From: Eledone cirrhosa | Lineage: Eukaryota | NCBI GenBank assembly: GCA_964016885.1 | Contig: OZ024741.1 | Coordinates: 18,600,001-18,664,000, forward strand | Reading direction: 5' to 3' | DNA length: 64,000 nt | Shown here: piece after piece, positions 13,976-23,604 of the stretch | Layout: each line of letters begins with the position of its first letter | Numbering within the stretch: position 1 is the stretch's first letter | Notes under the pieces: model-generated | What the model was told of the DNA's origin: nothing | Database searches by the model: none | What the model saw: the letters and a program-made list of their open reading frames with translations, nothing else | Made by a program: the position numbers and the translations under genes

Positions 13976-15311
13976 CTCCGTCCCATATCATAATATCTGG
14001 TCTGTTATGCCTACATTTTATTGGGGTTTTTACTGGAACATTCCACCAGTACTCTTTCATATTATGTACATGGATGTCTTCCACATTGCTGTAGCTTTTA
14101 ATGTGTTTATTATCGGGGCTATCTTTCATACGAACTCCATTGTACAGTGTTTTGGACACTACATCATGCCTCATAGGTAGGTAGTACCGCGATGACATCT
14201 TTGGACAGCTGCTGATGACATGGGTGATATCCTCGATGTTAGTTCTGCAGAGTCTGCACTTGTTATCACATCTAGGTGTTTTGCCTGCATCCCTATCTCT
14301 TTTGTTAATCAGGTATTTCGTGTTAATCTCCTGTTCTTGGATTGCAAAAGCGTATCCTTCAAAGTGGGAGCCAATATAGCGGTTGTTGGTCCAAGATAGA
14401 CTACTTTCCTTATCTATATTACTCGCACTCTGGAGCTTCCTGGCAACATATCCATGCATGATTTTTTGCTGATAAGTATGCAGTTTTTCATCCATGGATT
14501 CACTGCGATACTGCTGAGCGACTTCCCTGGATGTGAGTTTTTGATTATCACACAGGGAATATCTCTCGAGGAGTTCCTCCCCAACTCTCATGATCTTATC
14601 TATTTCATGCTGATCGACTTGCTCGAGAAACGGGCTCCTACGCTTCGAGGTTCGTAGATGTTGTCGGAGGGATATGATGCGACATTCAAATGTTGTCTGG
14701 ACTGATGTTAGGCCTCTGCCTCCCTGCTTACGTTTCAAGTAAAGGCGGTCTATGTCACTGTTGATGTGGAAGTTTCCGGTGTTGTTTAGTATGTTTCGAG
14801 TTCCAACATCAACTGCTCGGATTTCGTCTACCGTCCAACTGAGTCTTCCAAACGTTGGTGTTAGGACAGGCACAGCAAACACATCGTGAGCCACTGTTTT
14901 GTTTTGCGCAGAGAGTTCCGATGACCAGATCTTTCTTAATCGGGTGTAGTATTCCCTGGTTACGCGTTTTTTATTACAGATACCATTATAGGATATGTTC
15001 TCATCTATCCCCATGTATCTGTAGCAGTCCTCATCAGATATCGGTGAAACAGTTAGGCCATTGATGACAATGTTGCTAGATTGGGTTGTTTTTCCCCGCT
15101 TTACAGTCATGTATGAGCATTTATCTTGGCCAAACTCCATTCCTATATCCTTTGAGAACGTTGTAACCAGGTCAAGATTTTTCTTCATCCCATCCATCTT
15201 CTTGGCATAGAGTTTCAGATCGTCCACAAAGAAGTTATTAGTTAGGTTCGTATTTCTGTCCTCCTGTGAGCCAATGATGTATCCCTCACATTTCTTGAGC
15301 AGAAAGGACAA
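13947..15311 (-). pseudogene. RT C-terminal half, thumb, CCHC zinc knuckle and start of RLE
   Basis: FFVDDLKLY (catalytic DD), GMEFGQDKC, YRYMGI, RLYLKRKQGGRGL, CRLC..EDITHVISSC, RHD, RPDIMIWD. Confidence 0.92.
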
Positions 15312-16101
15312 GGGCGTTTAATGACAAGATGAATAATATCACAGAGAGACTGTCCCCCTGAAATATACCCCTGCAATATTTTATTTTATCAGTGAAAATA
15401 GAGTCCTCCCTCTCTGTTTTTAACCTTAGGATAGTAGCCCAAGAAGAAGACAGCCTCTCTATGGATCTGACAATAATGTCTGGGACTTTAGCAAGTGGGA
15501 GGGCCTCTATCATCCAAGAGTGGGGAACAGAATCGAAAGCTTTCCTGTAGTCCAGCCTGACTGTAGCCATATTCCTCCTAAGTTGTCGCCTCTCCAACAT
15601 CGCAGTTTTGTTGATTAGGAGTTGTTCAGCACATCCCCAAACCCCTTTCTTTCCAGCTGCTTGTTCATCTGTGATGATGTTATTATTTTCACAGTGATCT
15701 TGGAGGAATAGGTTCAGGCAGGCTGTATACATCTTATACATCAGGTTCTGGCATGCAATGGGTCGGTAGTTATTTGCCAAGTGGGTGTCTTTGTTCTTGG
15801 GGACCAGTAATGTTTGTGCTAATGTCAACCATTCTGGTATAAGTGTATCTCCCTTAAGAACTTGTTGGTAGAGGTCAGTAAGACACCTCCGATAGAATAT
15901 CAGTTTTTTGTACCAGTAGCCGACAATCCTGTCTCTTCCTGGTGTTTTCTTATCTTGGAGTTTTCCTATCACAGTCTCAAGGGTAACCTCACTTACTTCG
16001 TATGTTTTTGTTGTAGTGTAGGAGCAATAGTTATTTCGGATTTCTCTTAGCCACACTGCATTGGTTTCGTCTGAATCATTTATTAAGCACTTCTCTCTCA
16101 T
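15286..16101 (-). pseudogene. Reverse transcriptase, N-terminal half (frameshifted)
   Basis: Motifs KTPGRDRI, NYRPIAC, EQAAG, DYRKAFDSVPHSW, RGIFQGDSLS. Frameshift into the next ORF near 15300-15315. Confidence 0.92.
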
Positions 16102-16616
16102 CTACCTTCTTCAGGTATCGGTGTTTTTCGCTAACAGCTCTCAATTCTTGTTTGAGGGTGATCAGCTTATATTGGAGAGTTCTGGTTCTACTGTTACCAA
16201 ACATCGTCTCTATTTTATTTTTCACTCTTTGTTGGTGAGGAGTGAGGTTTTTTGTGTCTGTTTGCATGTAAGGAGCATTGTCACATGTCCTATGTTTTTT
16301 CGTAGGTCAACAATCTTTTTTCTATTTTAGTTATATATGATGGTATTTTTGGTGGTGTCTTGTTCTTGTTAATATCTCGACTATCACCAAGATAATGCTT
16401 CACTGCCGTTGCTAAGGCATATAAACAGGCGTTGATTTGCCAAAATGTTGGGGCTTTTATCCGTCGTAAATATTCATCCCCTATTTCGTCAATAACACGT
16501 AGTATTTCATTATTTGTTTTTTTATTAAACATTGTCGTTTTAACACGTTCAGCAAGAGAGATATTTATACATGAGTTAATTTCTCTCTGGAAGATTTCGT
16601 TGAGGGAAATGTTCAA
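16076..16616 (-). pseudogene. N-terminal region of the same retrotransposon ORF, in two broken pieces
   Basis: ORFs 16290-16616 (WQINACLYALA..PSYITKIEKRL) and 16076-16267 (LKQELRAVSEKHRY) are collinear with the RT. Confidence 0.7.
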
Positions 16617-16621
16617 TTGGT

Positions 16622-16840
16622 TATGTATGTATGTGTGTATGTATGTGTGTGTGTATGTATGTATGTATGTGTGTGTGTGTATGTATGTATGTAATTATGT
16701 ATGTATGTATGTATGTATGTATGTATGTGTGTGTGTATGTATGTGTATATATATATACGTGTTTTGCATGTGTGTAGGAGAGAGGGGGGTTGAAAAGTAA
16801 GGAATGAGGTGAGAGAAGGGATAAAATACACACAATGCTG

Positions 16841-16909
<69 letters not shown>
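16622..16909. repeat. (TATG)n/(TG)n microsatellites
   Basis: (TATG)n-rich at 16622-16757; pure (GT)n at about 16843-16909. Confidence 0.93.
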
Positions 16910-16911
<2 letters not shown>

Positions 16912-16984
16912 CTTTTTCATTTTTTCTCATACTTTTCAGGAGATATTTTGCAAAATTTCGTTCACCTAGTATTTTGTACGCAAA

Positions 16985-17069
16985 TTTATTCGCCTGAAGA
17001 TGACTAGCAGCCATAGCTTGCATTTATGCAGGACTTGTTAGGTCATGAAACCTTTGGCTGCAAATGGAA
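16985..17069 (+). ncRNA. Degenerate type-I hammerhead ribozyme-like motif
   Basis: CTGAAGA 16994-17000, long stem II (TGAC-TAGCA / TGTTA-G-GTCA), GAAAC 17047-17051, possible stem I TTTATTCGC/GCAAATGGA. There is an extra T before GAAA and no canonical GUH triplet. Confidence 0.4.
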
Positions 17070-17083
17070 ATCATAATAGATAA

Positions 17084-17158
17084 ATACTAACTCTGTATGT
17101 ATATCGTGAATATAGATACAGAGTTAGTATAAGACATTCAAGTTTTTGAATGTCTTAT
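17084..17158. repeat. Two abutting perfect inverted repeats (15-bp and 13-bp arms)
   Basis: ATACTAACTCTGTAT/ATACAGAGTTAGTAT (17084-17130) and ATAAGACATTCAA-GTTT-TTGAATGTCTTAT (17129-17158). Confidence 0.9.
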
Positions 17159-17469
17159 GCAGTTGTTTTCTAGTTCTTTCTATATGAGCATGAATTGATC
17201 GGTTGGATAGTGTTGGGCAGAGGAAACACCTTCCTTAGACAGATGTAAAATGATTTAATCGAGTAGCGCTGTTGACCAGTAGGACCGGGCTGCTGAGCGC
17301 AGTGAGTGAATGCAATGCAACTGCCGTGCGGGTTGTACGTATATGGAGGATCTGACGGTCAGAGAGGGGTCGCGAGGACTGCGGATTGACCTTTGGCCTG
17401 CCTGGGGATGATTATCTTTCGACATCCAATGTAGCAAGCGATGACCCAGATCTTACCAGAGATCATTGG

Positions 17470-18000
17470 GTCCTGAAGCAATCCTGCAGTCACCGCGCCT
17501 GGTCATATGAGCAGACTACAACCACAGAGATCATTAATTTAGAATCCTCACTCATCATCTATAATTTCCTTTTGTAGCACCTTAAGATGGGTTAATCCAC
17601 CATAATAATATGATCACCTTCAGCATAACTTAGTTAAACTACTCTATAGTTAATACACTTTATACTTTAAAAGTCTCTCTTGGAAGGTGCACTTCACCAT
17701 AGAATTTAGGGTCTATATTGGGACACATTTTAATGGCTAGATATAGAAACCCCAGAGTTACCTCCCCGCATGCATTAACTCCCCTTAGCCACACACACAC
17801 TTCCGGTATTCAATGGCGTTTCTCGAAACGTAACAACCTCCTGTATCGAACTAAAGAACACCAGACTACGATCTCTAACTGGATTGTCGTGGATTATGTG
17901 AAAGGCATATAATCGAAATATACACTCCCCTGACCATGAAAATGCCGAAGTACATGAAATACTTGACATCCCTGCGCTGTGCATCTCCAATACTTATAAC
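17470..18000 (+). pseudogene. Possible heavily decayed Penelope-like element (RT thumb/linker and GIY-YIG remnants)
   Basis: HRAW (17491) and EIINLESSLIIYNF resemble the PLE RA..ICS..E..L...L..NxYP motif. LLYRTKEH (R at 17847) and HSPDHENAEV (17923) resemble GIY-YIG R..EH and H..D..N motifs in the right order, upstream of a PLE-type hammerhead. Similarity is weak. Confidence 0.35.
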
Positions 18001-18421
18001 ACTTTTAACACTTTTAATGCTTGCACTATCTTTAATGCTTATAATATTTCTCCACACACAAACTATATCAATCATATAAAGATTTTGCCACCAGATCTAC
18101 CAACCTAACACTCTTATTTACCTACCTAAGTGCCTCTACCACACATATCTCTCTGCAACACTATATAAACAAGACGCACATGCGTGCCACACATATAACA
18201 TTTGCACTATATAACCACTTATCTTCATGTTGTACTTTAACCTATATCTTTGATTTTTGATTGTACCTATTAATATAAATGTAATCTCGAAGTGTGTACT
18301 GCCACTCTAAATTCTGTAATGAATGTTGACCCACAATGTTTGAATATGTATCAATGTTTGAATATGTATTTGGTGTGTCTCTCGGCTGAAAAGGAGGTCA
18401 TATAACTGTCCATGCATTAAT

Positions 18422-18474
18422 AAATTGCTCCGAAGAATCCAAACCTCGGTTTGGAGGAAACAGCTGTAAGCACA

Positions 18475-18478
<4 letters not shown>
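18422..18478 (+). ncRNA. Minimal type-I hammerhead ribozyme, Penelope type, with two deviations
   Basis: AAATTGCT | CCGAAGA | A-TCCAAAC-ctcg-GTTTGGA-G | GAAAC-AGCT-GTA | AGCACAATTT. Palindromic stem III ACAGCTGT. U4-to-C change in the core and an A.G mismatch closing stem II. Confidence 0.72.

Positions 18479-18479
<1 letters not shown>

Positions 18480-18526
<47 letters not shown>
18480..18526. repeat. (TA)n microsatellite
   Basis: Read directly; begins immediately after the hammerhead. Confidence 0.95.
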
Positions 18527-18528
<2 letters not shown>

Positions 18529-18652
18529 TTAGGTAGTACGGTGAAATACTGTCGGGTACCAAATCAAGCACTCTATGCACAGACAGAGTGTATATAATAG
18601 AAAAAAAACGAGGAAGTTTCGTTTACGTATGAAAAATAATTATTGCGTATCG

Positions 18653-18744
18653 ACATGTTACGCGCGTTTCGCAGAGGATTGGCTCAAGGTGGCCCATAAG
18701 AGTTTTGAACTCAACTTCAGTATCGATCTGCTCCTCAGACTGGT
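18653..18744 (-). ncRNA. Type-I hammerhead ribozyme (left arm)
   Basis: Minus strand reads ACCAGT | CTGAGGA | GCAGA..51 nt..TCTGC | GAAAC-GCGC-GTA | ACATGT. Core intact; stem I has 2 mismatches. Confidence 0.8.
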
Positions 18745-18844
18745 GATGCGACAAAAGATATATTTTTGTTGTGGTATGTGCGCACACACACATGCATCTT
18801 TAATTGCTCGCGCGCTCACGTAAACACGCACATGAATATCGGTG

Positions 18845-18930
18845 AATACACCAACCCGCATTGCCGCCCCACCAATCACACCAAAATACACCAACCCGCA
18901 TTGCCGCCCCACCAATCACACCAAAATACA
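18845..18930. repeat. Perfect 40-bp tandem duplication containing CCGCCC and CCAATCA motifs
   Basis: AATACACCAACCCGCATTGCCGCCCCACCAATCACACCAA at 18845-18884 and 18885-18924. Confidence 0.92.
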
Positions 18931-19024
18931 CACATACATCCACACACAAAAAAATAGGGCCGATGCCTATATATATATCTTCTCAGCCCACATACCACAA
19001 CAAAAATATATCTTTTGTCACATC

Positions 19025-19116
19025 ACCAGTCTGAAGAGCAGATTGATACTGGAGTCGGGTCCATAACTCCTATGGATCACCTTGAGCCAGTCCTCTGCGA
19101 AACGCGCGTAACAGGT
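19025..19116 (+). ncRNA. Type-I hammerhead ribozyme (right arm)
   Basis: ACCAGT | CTGAAGA (19031-19037) | GCAGA..TCTGC with inner helices ACTGG/CCAGT and TCCATA/TATGGA | GAAAC (19099-19103)-GCGC-GTA | ACAGGT. Predicted cleavage after 19110. Confidence 0.85.
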
Positions 19117-19169
19117 CGATACACAATAAATGTTGTTCATATGTAAACGAAACTTCCTCGTTCTTTTTA

Positions 19170-19440
<271 letters not shown>

Positions 19441-19617
19441 ATATGATATGAGAAATTTCCTCCTAGATACCATTATAGGGAAAACGGGACCAATTAAGTA
19501 CAGGCTGACATACTTAATGTAATGTAAGAAGAAAAGTTACTAAGTGGTCTTAGACAAACTTTGTCAAGAAAGACAAAGAAGGGAACCCAGAAATTCATTA
19601 TAAAATATTAAATGGGT

Positions 19618-19785
19618 TGGACGTAGGAAAGGTTTCTTGGTAAAGAAGTTCACTTCGTAATCATCTAGCCTCGAGTTCGATCACACGGTGTGTTATCTTA
19701 GGTAAATATCATTACCACAGCCTCGGGTGTAGCGAGGCCTTGTATAAGTAAAATTAGGTTGGCGGAAACCGTTTAGAAGCCCATT
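19618..19785 (+). mobile_element. Diverged tRNA-type SINE copy
   Basis: B-box-like GAGTTCGATC at 19673. Shares AGCCTCGGGTG, AAATTAGGT and GAAGCCC in the same order with 21343-21510. Confidence 0.7.
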
Positions 19786-19830
19786 GAAATACTCGAGCAC
19801 TGACATGCCAACATTTAAGTTTGATGTTCA

Positions 19831-19920
19831 GTTGACCAAGCCAACTGAACGCTGATCAAACTAAATGAACATTGACCAAACCAACTGAACGGTGACCAAA
19901 CCAACTGAAAGCTGAACAAA
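19831..19920. repeat. 20-bp tandem repeat, about 4.5 copies (GNTGACCAAACCAACTGAAC)
   Basis: Units start at 19831, 19851, 19871, 19891, 19911. Confidence 0.85.
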
Positions 19921-20325
19921 CGGCTTGAGCTCTGCTGTCGGGGTCTTGAACATTTTCCTATATATATTGGTGTGTGTGTGTGTGCATATTAAGGTTGTTA
20001 GTTGGTATGGTCCTAACTGCATATCAAGTCACTATTACAGCAACACACAGTTACTACATCACAGTGATGTAAGTTTTGCCAGCGTTCTAGTTGTGCTAGA
20101 AAGTAGAACATTATTTCTCAGTGGTGGATATCAGCTGAAAGATCTGAAGCTGTAGGAAAAGGGCGGATCTTTCTAAATGGAGATTTAATTTGGAATTAAA
20201 AGTTTGCCATCTTCATCACTTGGTATTAGAATAAAATGGAGATACACAGGATGTGCCAGAATGTCAGACAGACATATTTGCAAAGCAAATATACATTATC
20301 TTCTGTCTGTTGGGCTATTTATCTA

Positions 20326-21150
<825 letters not shown>

Positions 21151-21342
21151 CTTCAGTTTTGTTCCCTTTGCTCATTCTCATATACATCAACGTGTCATCT
21201 CCTCTTCCACAACACCCTTCATTTCTCCTCCGCCCCCGAGGGGGGGGGGGGGGGGGGGCACTACAACCGGAAGCTACTTATTTCGCGCCAAACATGTACT
21301 GACTCTATGAAGTCATTCTAATCTTGTGTACCACAATAATAT

Positions 21343-21600
21343 GGCCGCCGTGTGGCTTTGCGGTGTAGAAATTCGATTTATAATCAATTGATACAAAGTT
21401 CGATCTTACTGCTGTTATCATAGGCAAGTGTCATTTACCATAGCCTCGGGTGGACCCATGCCTTGGCTGGGAAATTAGGTAGATGGAAGCTGTGTGGAAG
21501 CCCGTCAGATAATAAACTGTAACTGTAATTCAGAGAGCCAGCTTTGTCACATACAATGTGTCACGTGACGGTGAATCTATGTGAGAATTACGTTAAGTAT
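21343..21600 (+). mobile_element. Diverged tRNA-type SINE copy (same family as 19618-19785)
   Basis: A-box-like TGGCTTTGCGGT at 21353, B-box-like AGTTCGATC near 21397, GGCAAGTG core-like motif, shared blocks with the other copy. 3' end approximate. Confidence 0.7.
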
Positions 21601-21717
21601 ACATTGTGTGTATGGACCGGTAACTCCTGAAGGAGTCGTCGGGGTACGGCATGGACATGCTGTGCTGTTTTTAGAGCATTCTTTTAAAACCTTGCGGAAC
21701 CCACTTCTGCCTCAGGT

Positions 21718-23403
21718 GAATACAGTCTGAATACAGTAGATTTCAGTCTAAATACAGTAGATTTCAGTCTGAATGCAGTAGATTTCAGTATGAATGCAGT
21801 AGATTTCAGTATGAATACAGTAGATTTCAGTCTGAATACAGTAGATTTCAGTCTGAATGCAGTAGATTTCAGTATGAATGCAGTAGATTTCAGTCTGAAT
21901 ACAGTAGATTTCAGTCTGAATACAGTAGATTTCAGTCTGAATACAGTAGATTTCAATCGGAATGCAGTAGATTTCAGTCTGAATACAGTAGAGTTCAGTC
22001 AGAATACAGTAGATTTCAGTCTGAATACAGTAGATTTCAGTCTGAATACAGTAGATTTCAGTCTGAATGCAGTAGATTTCAGTATCAATGCAGTAGATTT
22101 CAGTCTGAATACAGTAGATTTCAGTCTGAATACAGTAGATTTCAATCGGAATGCAGTAGATTTCAGTCTGAATACAGTAGAGTTCAGTCAGAATACAGTA
22201 GATTTCAGTCTGAATACAGTAGATTTCAGTCTGAATACAGTAGATTTCAGTCTGAATGCAGTAGATTTCAGTCTGAATACAGTAGATTTCAGTCTAAATA
22301 CAGTAGATTTCAGTCTGAATACAGTAGATTTCAGTCTGAATGCAGTAGATTTCAGTCTGAATACAGTAGATTTCAGTCGGAATGCAGTAGATTTCAGTCT
22401 AAATACAGTAGATTTCAGTCTGAATACAGTAGATTTCAGTCTAAATACAGTAGATTTCAGTCTGAATACAGTAGATTTCAGTCTAAATACAGTAGATTTC
22501 AGTCTGAATGCAGTAGATTTCAGTATGAATGCAGTAGATTTCAGTCTGAATACAGTAGATTTCAGTCTGAATACAGTAGATTTCAGTCTGAATGCAGTAG
22601 ATTTCAGTCTGAATGCAGTAGATTTCAGTCTGAATACAGTAGATTTCAGTCTGAATACAGTAGATTTCAATCGGAATGCAGTAGATTTCAGTCTGAATAC
22701 AGTAGAGTTCAGTCAGAATACAGTAGATTTCAGTCTGAATACAGTAGATTTCAGTCTGAATACAGTAGATTTCAGTCTGAATGCAGTAGATTTCAGTCTG
22801 AATACAGTAGATTTCAGTCTAAATACAGTAGATTTCAGTCTGAATACAGTAGATTTCAGTCTGAATGCAGTAGATTTCAGTCTGAATACAGTAGATTTCA
22901 GTCGGAATGCAGTAGATTTCAGTCTGAATACAGTAGATTTCAGTCTAAATACAGTAGATTTCAGTCTGAATACAGTAGATTTCAGTCTAAATACAGTAGA
23001 TTTCAGTCTGAATACAGTAGATTTCAGTCTGAATACAGTAGATTTCAGTCTGAATACAGTAGAGTTCAGTCTGAATACAGTAGATTTCAGTCTGAATACA
23101 GTAGAGTTCAGTCAGAATACAGTAGATTTCAGTCTGAATACAGTAGATTTCAGTCTGAATACAGTAGATTTCAGTCTGAATACAGTAGATTTCAGTCTGA
23201 ATACAATAGATTTCAGTCTGTATGCAGTAGATTTCAATCTGAATATAGTAGATTTCAGTTTTAATACAGTAGATTTCAGTCTGAATACAGTAGATTTCAG
23301 TCTGAATACAGTAGATTTCAGTCTGTATGCAGTAGATTTCAATCTGAATACAGTAGATTTCAGTTTTAATACAGTAGATTTCAGTCTGAATACAGTAGAT
23401 TTC
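21718..23403. repeat. 21-bp minisatellite GAATACAGTAGATTTCAGTCT, about 80 copies
   Basis: Read directly; no indels, giving the 7-aa-period NTVDFSL ORF. Confidence 0.98.
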
Positions 23404-23456
23404 TTCCAGAATAGGATAGAGTGAGAGAATGGAAGAGAAAAAGAGATATAGAGGAA

Positions 23457-23604
23457 GAATCGACCCCAGTACCAGAGTCCTACTTTTTTTATCGACCATG
23501 ATTGGATGAAGGGCAAGGTTGACTTCGGCAGGATTTGAACTCAGTGAGGAGAAAGCCGAAACAAATACCATAAAGTATGCTATCTAACGTTCTAACGACT
23601 ACCA
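23457..23604 (-). mobile_element. tRNA-derived SINE (second family) whose 5' head merges into the satellite
   Basis: Minus strand: A-box-like TGGTAGTCGTTAG, B box GAGTTCAAATCC (23531-23542), then GCCCTTCATCC..GGTCGATAAAA..GTACTGGGGTCGAT, resembling a conserved metazoan SINE central domain (recalled, not searched). Confidence 0.78.

Larger units (their letters stand above)
13456..16621 (-). mobile_element. Degenerate, probably 5'-truncated RLE-type non-LTR retrotransposon, R4/Dong-like clade
   Basis: Five collinear minus-strand ORF pieces give the order N-term, RT, CCHC knuckle, restriction-like endonuclease. The C-terminal P-x-IIGALG...LQ-xxxxx-GT-x-KI motif is typical of the R4/Dong clade. 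Putative 3' UTR at 13456-13682 carries a stem-loop (13488-13538). Confidence 0.88.

Noticed and set aside
13596-16616. Intact or domesticated RT gene, or a bacterial RT system (retron, DGR, group II intron)
   Set aside because: At least four frame breaks and an in-frame stop; the RT-CCHC-RLE architecture is that of a eukaryotic non-LTR element.
18334-18369. 18-bp tandem duplication CAATGTTTGAATATGTAT
   Set aside because: Ordinary local slippage duplication with nothing inserted between the copies, so not a TSD.
18386-18434. Alternative hammerhead CTGAAAA-GGAG...CTCC-GAAG
   Set aside because: Both core halves are non-canonical, and the overlapping 18422-18478 fold explains the sequence better.
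21240-21258. G19 homopolymer
   Set aside because: Isolated homopolymer of unreliable length with no supporting context.
21718-23403. Shared core between the 21-mer (CTGTATTCAG on -) and the first array (CTGTATCAG)
   Set aside because: Only 9-10 bp with an indel, too short to infer common origin.
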